Shown: positions 37,451-46,138 of the stretch, piece after piece | Layout of the letters: each line of letters starts with the position of its first letter | Numbering within the stretch: the stretch's first letter is position 1 | Assembly (NCBI GenBank): GCA_030728405.1 | Contig: JANQZS010000077.1 | Coordinates: 12,767-76,766 of the forward strand | DNA: 64,000 bases | Source of the DNA: Candidatus Nanopelagicales bacterium | Lineage (GTDB): Bacteria > Actinomycetota > Actinomycetes > S36-B12 | Direction of reading: 5' to 3' | Position numbers and translations under genes: made by a program | The notes under the pieces: model-generated | What the model was told of the DNA's origin: nothing | The model's input: only the letters and a program-made list of their open reading frames with translations | The model's database searches: none

Positions 37451-40345
37451 ATGAAGCCACGTGACCCAGAAAGCACCGTTGGGCGGGGACCATCTGCGTC
37501 TCCGGTGAGCAGCGATGCTCCCGAGTTCCACGGACTCAGAATCCGTGAGACCGTCTCGAACTACCCTCCTGTTGATACCTGGGACGACGTCGTTATGTAC
37601 GACGCGAAAGCACATCCGCGCAAGGTGGAGAAGCACTACATGCTCGTGCCCACCACGTGCTTCAACTGTGAATCTGCCTGCGGTCTGCTGGCGTTCGTGG
37701 ATAAGGAGACCAAAGAGGTCGTCAAGATCGAGGGCAACCCAGCGCATCCAGGTTCGCGCGGTCGTAACTGCGCAAAGGGGCCAGCAACCATCAATCAGAC
37801 CTCCGACCCTGAACGCATCCTCTACCCTATGAAGCGGGTTGGCCCGCGGGGCAGCGCGCAGTTTGAGCGGGTCTCATGGGACGACGCGATGGATGACATT
37901 GCTGGCCGGATTCGTAAGGCAATTGTCGAAGACCGCAAAAACGAGATCATGTACCACGTTGGTCGACACGGCGAAGACGGATTCATCGAGCGCGTTCTGC
38001 TTGCATGGGGTGTCGATGGAAACAACACACACACGAATATCTGTTCTGCGGGTGCGCGATTCGGCTATTCCCTATGGGGCGGTTACGACAGGCCTTCGCC
38101 CGATCACGCTAACGCCAAGGTGATTCTGCTGCTATCAAGCCACCTTGAATCGGGCCACTACTTCAACCCACACGCACAGCGCATCATGGATGCGAAGGTG
38201 CGTGGCGGGGCAAAACTCGTTGTGGTCGATCCCCGTCTCTCCAACACTGCATCGCATGCAGATGTCTGGGTCTCACCATGGCCGGGAACTGAAGCGGCAA
38301 TGTTGCTCGCCATCGCGTCCTACATACTGCGTACCGATCAGGTTGCTTGGGATTACATCCAACGATGGGTGAATTGGCGCACCTACATGGAAAACCTGCA
38401 CCCCGATCAAGACGCTACAGATTTTTCCACCTTCAAAGCCACGCTGACCGAGGATTACCAGAAGTACACCTTTGAGTACGCAGCAGAGGAGTGCCGGATC
38501 CCGGTTTCGCAACTAGAGAAGGTTGCAAAAATCGTTGCTGATTGCAATGGGAAACTCGCAGCCCACACTTGGCGCGCGGCAAGTGCTGGAAACTTGGGCG
38601 GTTGGGCCGTGGCTCGCGCACTGTTCTTCCTCACCGTCTTGACCGGCAGTATCGGGCAAAAAGGTGGCACCAGCCCGAACGGCTGGAACAAGTTCATTCC
38701 GCATGGCCCTGATATGCCCGGTGGCCACGACTCGTGGAACGAACTGCTCTGGCCACGTGAGTTCCCGATGTCTACTAACGAGCTCTCCATCTTGCTTCCG
38801 CACTTCCTGCTCGAAGGTCGGGGCAAGATCGACACGTACTTCAGTCGGGTCTATAACCCGGTCTGGACAAACCCCGATGGCTTCAGCTGGATTGAGGCAC
38901 TCTCTGATGAAAACCTGGTGGGTTGCCACGTTGCAATGACCCCCACGTGGAATGAAACATCCGTCTGGGCCGACTACGTGTTGCCATTTGGGCACAGCAC
39001 CGAACGCCACGACACCCAGTCCTACGAGCAATATGCGGGCAAGTGGCTGGGCTTCCGTCAGCCGGTGCGCCGCGTCGCCTTAGAAAAGATGGGCGAAAAG
39101 ATTGGCGACACCCGCGATTCAAACCCAGGAGAGGTCTGGGAAGAGACCGAGTTCTGGTTTGAACTTTCCTGGCGCATCGACCCAGATGGATCGCTGGGAA
39201 TTCGCAAGTACTTCGAGGCGCCCGGGCGACCAGGTGAGAAGGTAACCGTCGACGATTACTACGGTTACATCTTCGATAACAACGTTCCTGGGCTCCCGGA
39301 AAAGGCCGAGAAGCTGGGTCTTTCACCGCTTGAATACATGCGCAAGTACGGCGCAGTCGAAATCGCTACTGACATCTATCGTCAGGATGAACGGGCACTG
39401 ACACCGGCAGAGCGTGAAGGTGCCGTTGCTGATGAGAACGGGGTACTGCGTAAGCCGATCACTCCGGAAACGCAAAAGCCGCTTGTCGGCGAAGCGGGCG
39501 CAGTCGGTGTTGTTCTTGATGATGGTTCAGAGGTGGCCGGTTGGCTTACGCCATCGCGCAAACTGGAGTTGTATTCCCCCTCAATGGCCGAATTCGGTTG
39601 GCCAGAGCACGCAGCACCGGTCTATATCCAGTCGCATGTGAACCATCGCGAGATTGATCCGGCCAAGGGCGAAATGGTGTTGGTACCCACATTTCGGTTG
39701 CCCACCTTGATTCACACGCGATCGGGTAACGCCAAGTACCTCAATGAGATCAGCAATAAGCACCCGGTCTGGGTGAACAGCGTCGATGCCAAGCGTCTGG
39801 GAATGGTCACCGGCGACATGGTGCGCATCAACACTGAAATCGGCTATTTCGTGGCCCGCATTTGGTCAACGGAGGCAATCAGGCCGGGCGTCATCGCGAT
39901 GTCTCACCACATGGGTCGCTGGCGCACCACTGATGAGGCTGGTAGTCGTTGGGTTACCGGCAAGGTTGACGTCGGCAAGATGGAAGATGGTCGTTGGCGG
40001 CTGCGCTACAAGGAAGGTATCCGCCCCTTCGTCAGTAATGATTCAGATTCCATGCGAATCAACTGGGAAGACCCGGGTGTTCACCAGAACCTCGCGTTTG
40101 CCGTTCATCCTGATACTTGGTCTGGCATGCACTGCTGGCATCAGAAGATCGTGATTGAAAAGGCTCACGAGGAAGACAAGTACGGCGACGTTGTTGTCGA
40201 CACCGCGAAATCTCGCGAGGTCTACCGCGAATGGATGGCGAAGACGAGGCCAGGTCCCACTGCTTCAGGTTTGCGCCGGCCGGAATTCATGATGCGCCCG
40301 GTGATGCCGCAGGTGAAGGCCTACTACGTCGACGAGAATTCGTAG
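37451..40345 (+). CDS. Molybdopterin (bis-MGD) oxidoreductase catalytic subunit, no Tat signal
   Basis: 964 aa with a CFNCESACGLL...C FS0 cluster motif and MopB-type architecture. The N-terminus lacks an RRxFLK motif. GAAGGGG RBS. Confidence 0.8.
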   Translation: MKPRDPESTVGRGPSASPVSSDAPEFHGLRIRETVSNYPPVDTWDDVVMYDAKAHPRKVEKHYMLVPTTCFNCESACGLLAFVDKETKEVVKIEGNPAHPGSRGRNCAKGPATINQTSDPERILYPMKRVGPRGSAQFERVSWDDAMDDIAGRIRKAIVEDRKNEIMYHVGRHGEDGFIERVLLAWGVDGNNTHTNICSAGARFGYSLWGGYDRPSPDHANAKVILLLSSHLESGHYFNPHAQRIMDAKVRGGAKLVVVDPRLSNTASHADVWVSPWPGTEAAMLLAIASYILRTDQVAWDYIQRWVNWRTYMENLHPDQDATDFSTFKATLTEDYQKYTFEYAAEECRIPVSQLEKVAKIVADCNGKLAAHTWRAASAGNLGGWAVARALFFLTVLTGSIGQKGGTSPNGWNKFIPHGPDMPGGHDSWNELLWPREFPMSTNELSILLPHFLLEGRGKIDTYFSRVYNPVWTNPDGFSWIEALSDENLVGCHVAMTPTWNETSVWADYVLPFGHSTERHDTQSYEQYAGKWLGFRQPVRRVALEKMGEKIGDTRDSNPGEVWEETEFWFELSWRIDPDGSLGIRKYFEAPGRPGEKVTVDDYYGYIFDNNVPGLPEKAEKLGLSPLEYMRKYGAVEIATDIYRQDERALTPAEREGAVADENGVLRKPITPETQKPLVGEAGAVGVVLDDGSEVAGWLTPSRKLELYSPSMAEFGWPEHAAPVYIQSHVNHREIDPAKGEMVLVPTFRLPTLIHTRSGNAKYLNEISNKHPVWVNSVDAKRLGMVTGDMVRINTEIGYFVARIWSTEAIRPGVIAMSHHMGRWRTTDEAGSRWVTGKVDVGKMEDGRWRLRYKEGIRPFVSNDSDSMRINWEDPGVHQNLAFAVHPDTWSGMHCWHQKIVIEKAHEEDKYGDVVVDTAKSREVYREWMAKTRPGPTASGLRRPEFMMRPVMPQVKAYYVDENS

Positions 40346-40350
40346 AGCGG

Positions 40351-41361
40351 TTACTGCACGGCCACTGCGGTGGTCCCTCGCTCGATGAGCTCGGGATTCA
40401 TCGCAGTGTGCTTACTTGGCTCATCTGGGTTTTCCAAGCGTGCAAAAAGTGCTCGGGCGCCGAGCTGACCCATTTCGGTCAACGGTTGAGCGATCGTGGT
40501 GAGGTTCAAGCTGCGCAGTGCGCCTAGGGCCATACCGTCGTACCCGATAATCGATACATCACCTGGTACCGCTAAACCGGATTCCTCGATCGCAGCGATA
40601 GCCCCAACAGCGGCAATGTCGTTGGCCACAAAGAGTGCGGTGGGCGCAGGATCGGCCGCAAGAGCAGTGCGAGCGGCGCTGTAACCACCTAGGTCGGTGA
40701 AGGCACCCGCAACCACTGACACCTGTTCATCAAGTTGCGCATTGCTCATGGCAATGCGGTAGCCGCGTTCGCGATCTGCGGACACCGTGTTCTCACCGCC
40801 AGAGATGTGGGCAATACGGGTATGCCCGAGTCGAACCAAGTGCTCCACAGCTAATTGGGCGCCACGGATGTCGTCGTTGCTGACTGTGGCGATGTTGGTA
40901 TCGCTCACATCCTGACGAGTAATGATCGCAACGGGAACCTCACGAGCAAATTCTCGAACCGTGGCATCGCTCATGCGATGGGAGATCAAAATCAAACCCT
41001 CAACCTGGAACTCGAGGAGTTTGTCGATCTCTGCTTGTTCGGTGGCCGGATCAGAGTTACCGGTCACCAGCATCACGCTGTACCCATGCGAGCGCACCTC
41101 GGTTTGAACGCCGTCGAGAATCTGGGCGAAGATCGGATTATGTAAGTCCAATACGAGTACCCCGATAGTGCGACTGCGCCGATCAGCGAGGCTGCGCGCA
41201 GCAGCATTTGTTCGGTATCCCAACTCTGAGGCTGCCGCAAGGATCGCTGCGCGGCTCGCCGGACTTACTTTGGGCGATTGCCGCAATGCGAGTGACACCA
41301 GCGATTTAGAGACGCCTGCCCGCGCAGCAACGTCATGAATTGTCGGTTTACTCGCAGACAT
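40351..41361 (-). CDS. LacI-family transcriptional regulator (probable iol regulator)
   Basis: N-terminal HTH (TIHDVAARAGVSKSLVSLALR) plus a periplasmic-binding-protein-like domain. Confidence 0.85.
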   Translation of the reverse strand: MSASKPTIHDVAARAGVSKSLVSLALRQSPKVSPASRAAILAAASELGYRTNAAARSLADRRSRTIGVLVLDLHNPIFAQILDGVQTEVRSHGYSVMLVTGNSDPATEQAEIDKLLEFQVEGLILISHRMSDATVREFAREVPVAIITRQDVSDTNIATVSNDDIRGAQLAVEHLVRLGHTRIAHISGGENTVSADRERGYRIAMSNAQLDEQVSVVAGAFTDLGGYSAARTALAADPAPTALFVANDIAAVGAIAAIEESGLAVPGDVSIIGYDGMALGALRSLNLTTIAQPLTEMGQLGARALFARLENPDEPSKHTAMNPELIERGTTAVAVQ

Positions 41362-41373
41362 GAATCGTTCTAC

Positions 41374-42378
41374 TTAGTTCTCTTCAGTTAACACGTCGGA
41401 TACGAGAACCGGTTGCCCGGTCTTGACTGAGATCTCGCATGCAATCGCCACCCGCAAACTTTCCAGTGCTGAATCCGGCGGGCAGGGGTTCTCAATCTCG
41501 CCACCTGCAAGGCTCACAAAGGCCTGGGTCTCCTCGCGAAAAGCCGCACGGAAGCGGTCAACAAACCCCGAATAAGGGTTGATGGCAATTTCTAGTTGAC
41601 CATCGGTGATGTGCAGAGGAGTTCGGGTGTTGAGCCCGGCGCTCAAAGAGTCGGCTGAGCCGAAAAGCTCAACGCGCACGTCGTGACCAGTGGGGTCGTG
41701 CCGAGTTCCGGTGATGGCAGCCTGGATTCCACTGGTTGTGGTGGCGTGGATGAGTGCGGAATCTGCATCGTTGAACTCGGCGTACTGATGATGTTCGCGG
41801 ACGGCGCTTGTGGCAAAGACTCGAGTGATTTCCTCACCGGTAATCCAGCGAAGCTGATCAAAATCGTGCACGTGCATGTCTCGGAAGATTCCACCGCTGC
41901 CAGCGATGAACTCGGCAGTGGAGGGAGTGTGATCGTGGGCGATGAGGGTCAGGTTATAGATGGAACCGATGGAGCCAGTCCGCACAGCATTGCGGAGTGC
42001 TTGCAGGCCCGTATCAAATCTGCGTTGAAAGCCGATCTGGAGTGCGCTGCCCGTGTGTTGTGCCAGATCGATCATTGCTGCGGTTTCTCGCAATGTCAGT
42101 GCAATGGGTTTCTCACACAGGATTGGCTTTGCGAGGGGGAGGAGATGCTCCAGGTGCTGCACATGAGTATCAGTGCCGGTGGTAATCATGAAGGCATCGG
42201 CGGTTTCGAGTGCGCTATCGCCCCACGGCACCGCTGTGGCATTGAACCTGTCGGCAAGGTCATGGGCCCTTGCCTCAGTGCGGTTTGTGATCAGCACCTC
42301 GCTGACCCGCGGATCAGCGGTGAGGTCCTCAACTCGGATGGCTCCCATGCGTCCGGCTCCAACGACTGCGACTCTCAT
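41374..42378 (-). CDS. Gfo/Idh/MocA-family oxidoreductase (inositol dehydrogenase-like)
   Basis: Rossmann N-terminus (MRVAVVGAGRMG) and the ILCEKP motif. Confidence 0.8.
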   Translation of the reverse strand: MRVAVVGAGRMGAIRVEDLTADPRVSEVLITNRTEARAHDLADRFNATAVPWGDSALETADAFMITTGTDTHVQHLEHLLPLAKPILCEKPIALTLRETAAMIDLAQHTGSALQIGFQRRFDTGLQALRNAVRTGSIGSIYNLTLIAHDHTPSTAEFIAGSGGIFRDMHVHDFDQLRWITGEEITRVFATSAVREHHQYAEFNDADSALIHATTTSGIQAAITGTRHDPTGHDVRVELFGSADSLSAGLNTRTPLHITDGQLEIAINPYSGFVDRFRAAFREETQAFVSLAGGEIENPCPPDSALESLRVAIACEISVKTGQPVLVSDVLTEEN

Positions 42379-42481
42379 ATGGCTGCTCCTGGTTCCATCT
42401 TGGTGATCCCTTGCGGTGAGTGGGTTCAGTGTGGCACGATTCCACTACCAATTGGAGCGTTCCAACAGATCAGGGGTCAGC

Positions 42482-43384
42482 ATGCCGGATTTCATGTCCC
42501 GGGTGGCTTCTGCCCCTATTTCATGGGGGATCTGCGAGGTACCGGGCTGGGGCGCAATGCTCCCGACCCCCCGCGTGCTCGCGGAAATGTCAGGCCTTGG
42601 CCTGCCGGCCACTGAGCTCGGCGCCCCGGGATTCCTGCCGGATTCACCCGAAGAGGTGCGGGCTGAACTAGCAGCGTTCAATATGAGTCTCATCGGAGGA
42701 TTCACTCCACTCGTGCTGCAAGATCCCTCGCAGCGAGAGGCAACTATCGCTGAGGCAAAGCGGGTCGCCACACTGTTTGAGCGGGCCGGTGCCACCAAGT
42801 TCATCACGGCCGCGGTTGTCGATATGGATTGGTCAGAGCCACAGCCGTTGAGCCCTGAAGAAGTGCGTCACATGTCGATGATGTTTTCCGTGGTCGATGA
42901 GATCTGCGCTGAACACGGTCTGGAGCAGGTTCTGCACTCGCACGTCTTTACGACTGTGGAAAACGATGACGACGTTAAAAGAGTCCTAGACACCTGCGAT
43001 GTGCATTGGTGCCTGGACACCGGTCACCTGGCGATCGGTGGCACGGATCCAGTGAAATTTGCCCAAGAGGCTTTTGACCGAGTGGGGCATGTGCACCTCA
43101 AGGATGTGAACCTCTCCCGGGTGCCGGCACTGATGAGCCGGGAAGTGTCCATCATGGAATCAGTGCAGCAGGGTCTATTCACACCCCTTGGTCAAGGCGA
43201 TGTTGATATAGCTGGAGTGATCACCACTTTGGAATCACGTGGCTATAACGGTTGGTATGTGATCGAACAAGACACTGCGATCACCGATGGGCTCCCTGCG
43301 CAGGGAGCAGGTCCGATCACCGAAGTCATCACTTCCCTTGACTTCCTGCGCAACGTGGTGGCCCCGCAGTTGGCGTCGAACTGA
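42482..43384 (+). CDS. iolE: Xylose-isomerase-like TIM-barrel protein (inosose dehydratase IolE-like)
   Basis: AP-endonuclease-2/TIM-barrel pattern (APISWGICEVPGWG...). It is the first gene of the iolC-J-B-D-G string. Confidence 0.6.
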   Translation: MPDFMSRVASAPISWGICEVPGWGAMLPTPRVLAEMSGLGLPATELGAPGFLPDSPEEVRAELAAFNMSLIGGFTPLVLQDPSQREATIAEAKRVATLFERAGATKFITAAVVDMDWSEPQPLSPEEVRHMSMMFSVVDEICAEHGLEQVLHSHVFTTVENDDDVKRVLDTCDVHWCLDTGHLAIGGTDPVKFAQEAFDRVGHVHLKDVNLSRVPALMSREVSIMESVQQGLFTPLGQGDVDIAGVITTLESRGYNGWYVIEQDTAITDGLPAQGAGPITEVITSLDFLRNVVAPQLASN

Positions 43385-44337
43385 TGTCTGTTGCACTCGA
43401 CCTCATCACGGTAGGCCGGGTCAGCGTCGATCTTTATGCGACTGAACTTGGAGTTTCCTTTTTAGAGCCGCAAACTTTTGCCAAATCAATAGGTGGCAGC
43501 CCGACCAACGTGGCAGTCGCAGCAGCGCAGTACGGACTCGTCGCAGCAGTGGTCACGAAGGTGGGCAGTGACCAACTCGGTGAATACGTGCGGACTCGAC
43601 TTGCCGAATTTGGCGTCGATACTCGGTTTGTCGGAACCGATGGTTCAGCACCGACCCCTGTTGTGTTGGCCGCACTCGATCCCCCTGAGGATCCACAGAT
43701 CGCTTTCTACCGTGGCGCGGCGGCTCCAGACACCACGTGTTCAGTGAGTGATGTACCAGAGCAAGAAATTCGCGCTGCTCGGGCCTTCTGGATGAGTGTG
43801 GGCGCTCTTGCGCAAGGCTCAACTGCGACTGCGTCCTTTGAGTGGTTAGCGATGCGAAACCGCACCCCTTTCACGATTGTGGATCTAGATTACCGGCCAA
43901 CTCTGTGGCCAGATGTGGCAACTGCTCGCGCGGCCGCCCAGAGGGCAATCGCATTTTCAACAGTGGTGCTCGGCAATCGCGCGGAATGTGAAATGGCGAT
44001 TGGTGAAACAGAACCCGACGCTGCGGCTGATGCACTGCTTGCCCTGGGCATTGAGCTCGCCATCATCAAACTCGGAGGCGGGGGAGTGCTGCTCGCCACC
44101 GCCGATGAACGCATACGGGTAATGCCCGTACCGATCACCGTTGTGTGTGGTCTTGGCGCAGGTGATGCATTCGGTGGCGCACTGGTCTACGGCTTGTTGA
44201 GTGGCTGGCCTTTGGCCGAGGTGGGTGCATTTGCCAACGCGGCTGGTGGCCACGTGGCAGGTGAGCTCACCTGCGCAGATGCCATGCCTCAAGAAGACCG
44301 AGTCCGTGAATTAATGACGAAGGGTGCAACCTCATGA
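43384..44337 (+). CDS. iolC: 5-dehydro-2-deoxygluconokinase (PfkB family)
   Basis: PfkB ribokinase-like motifs (GGSPTNVAV, GAGDAFGGAL). Its start overlaps the upstream stop. Confidence 0.8.
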   Translation: MSVALDLITVGRVSVDLYATELGVSFLEPQTFAKSIGGSPTNVAVAAAQYGLVAAVVTKVGSDQLGEYVRTRLAEFGVDTRFVGTDGSAPTPVVLAALDPPEDPQIAFYRGAAAPDTTCSVSDVPEQEIRAARAFWMSVGALAQGSTATASFEWLAMRNRTPFTIVDLDYRPTLWPDVATARAAAQRAIAFSTVVLGNRAECEMAIGETEPDAAADALLALGIELAIIKLGGGGVLLATADERIRVMPVPITVVCGLGAGDAFGGALVYGLLSGWPLAEVGAFANAAGGHVAGELTCADAMPQEDRVRELMTKGATS

Positions 44338-45236
44338 CCGGATTGGATCGGGCTGATTACAACGCGCTGATAGAAGCGCGGGTGTTTGCACCGACGAGCC
44401 TGCAAGCAGCGCTCACATCGCGCACCCGTAGGTCTATCCCAGGTTCCGATGGCAAATTGATGATCATTGCCGCTGACCACACCGCGCGCGGCATGCTCGC
44501 AGTGGGCAGTGATTCACTAGCCGTGGCAGATCGCTATTCGCTACTAGACCGAATCATCAGGTCACTCCAGGTGCCCGGTGTGGATGGGGTTATGGCGAGC
44601 GCCGACATTCTTGAGGAGCTCGCTTTTCTCGGTGCCCTCGATGGTCAGCTTGCGATTGCCACCATGAATCGTGGCGGAATCATTGGTGCCAGTTGGGAAC
44701 TGGACGATCGCCTCACTGCTTACGACGCTGATCACATCGCCGAATACGGCATCGACGGCGGAAAAGTTTTGCTGCGGATTGAAGACACTGATGCCGGTGT
44801 TGCCAACACTCTCGAGATGGTGGCCTCCCTCACCACGGAGCTGGCCGATCGAAAGATCATGTGCATGATCGAGCCACTGCCGTACTTGAAAAACGAATCT
44901 GGGCGGGCGGTTCTTGACACCTCACACGAGAAACTCGTGAAGGTGGTGGCGATTGCATCTGGTCTGGGATCGAGTTCGGCCTACACCTGGCTGAAGATCC
45001 CGCCATCGGAGCGCATGGATGAGGTGGCCGGTGCCACCACATTGCCCATCGTGATGCTCGGTGGGGATCCCGGAGCGAACTGGAAAGCCACGTTCAATCT
45101 GTGGGAAACCTCCATGCAACAACCAAACGTGCGAGGGCTTGTTGCCGGTCGAGCCATGCTCTATCCCGCGGAAGGTTCAGTTGAAGAAGCGGTAGCAAGA
45201 GGTGTGCAGATGGTGCACGGAACGGTGGCGTCATGA
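44334..45236 (+). CDS. Cgl0159-type (beta/alpha)8 aldolase (IolJ-equivalent, 5-dehydro-2-deoxyphosphogluconate aldolase)
   Basis: It follows iolC with a 4-nt overlap, as in corynebacterial and actinobacterial iol clusters. The family call is from sequence memory. Confidence 0.6.
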   Translation: MTGLDRADYNALIEARVFAPTSLQAALTSRTRRSIPGSDGKLMIIAADHTARGMLAVGSDSLAVADRYSLLDRIIRSLQVPGVDGVMASADILEELAFLGALDGQLAIATMNRGGIIGASWELDDRLTAYDADHIAEYGIDGGKVLLRIEDTDAGVANTLEMVASLTTELADRKIMCMIEPLPYLKNESGRAVLDTSHEKLVKVVAIASGLGSSSAYTWLKIPPSERMDEVAGATTLPIVMLGGDPGANWKATFNLWETSMQQPNVRGLVAGRAMLYPAEGSVEEAVARGVQMVHGTVAS

Positions 45237-46138
45237 TGAGTTGGCATCGGCCGTACGGCTCTCTTGCCGATGATGCGGCATTGGTTCGCGTTACTCCGGA
45301 GGATTCCGGCTGGACCTACAGCGGGATGCAGGTGCTAGCACTTGACACTGGGCAAACGCAGGTGGTCACCCTGACAGGAGAAGAGGGCGTCATTGTTCCG
45401 CTCTCTATCAGCAACGTGACCATTGACGTTGATGGTGAATCTTTCACTCTGTCCGGTAGAGCCGGGGTTTTCGCCGCGGTCTCGGACTGGCTGTATGCAC
45501 CCGTAGATTCAACGCTCACTTTCACGGCTAGCACTGCAGGTGAGATTGCGATTTGCACCGCGCGAGCATCGACAAAGTTTCCGGTGGCTTACGTCCCTGC
45601 GGAATCGGTATCGGTAGAGGTGCGAGGCTCTGGTCAATCCACCCGTCAGGTCACCAATATCGCCACCCCAGACTCCTTCACGGCTGCGCACAAAATCAAT
45701 GTGTGCGAAGTCATTACCCCTGGCGGCAACTGGTCTTCCTGGCCACCGCACCGCCACGACGGGATAAGCGATTGCCCCACCACGAATGAAGAGATCTACT
45801 ACTTCCGAATTGGCAAAGGCGAGAGCCCGCACGGTAATCCTGAAGGTGAGGGTCTTTTTCACGTGTACACCGTGAGTGGTTCGGTTGATGAAACCGTGAC
45901 CCTGCACGATGGCGATGTGTACCTGGTGCCCGAGGGATACCACGGACCATCCGTTGCACCACCGGAATACCCCATGTATTTCCTCAACGTCTTGGCTGGC
46001 CCAGATGCCGATCGGTCGATGGCCTTCTGCGATGACCCATCACACCATTGGATCCGGCAGAGTTGGACCGAACGGCAGCAAGATCCGCGGCTGCCCTGGA
46101 CATCTGCCACCGGACGCGTCACAGGAGGAACCCGATGA
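45233..46138 (+). CDS. iolB: 5-deoxy-glucuronate isomerase
   Basis: Cupin-like IolB pattern (NWSSWPPHRHD...EEIYYF). Confidence 0.85.
   Translation: MMSWHRPYGSLADDAALVRVTPEDSGWTYSGMQVLALDTGQTQVVTLTGEEGVIVPLSISNVTIDVDGESFTLSGRAGVFAAVSDWLYAPVDSTLTFTASTAGEIAICTARASTKFPVAYVPAESVSVEVRGSGQSTRQVTNIATPDSFTAAHKINVCEVITPGGNWSSWPPHRHDGISDCPTTNEEIYYFRIGKGESPHGNPEGEGLFHVYTVSGSVDETVTLHDGDVYLVPEGYHGPSVAPPEYPMYFLNVLAGPDADRSMAFCDDPSHHWIRQSWTERQQDPRLPWTSATGRVTGGTR

Noticed and set aside
41683-42615. 310-aa ORF on the plus strand
   Set aside because: It is entirely antisense to a well-supported Gfo/Idh/MocA dehydrogenase gene. It has no recognisable motif and a Gly/Ser/Arg/Cys-rich composition typical of shadow frames in GC-rich DNA.
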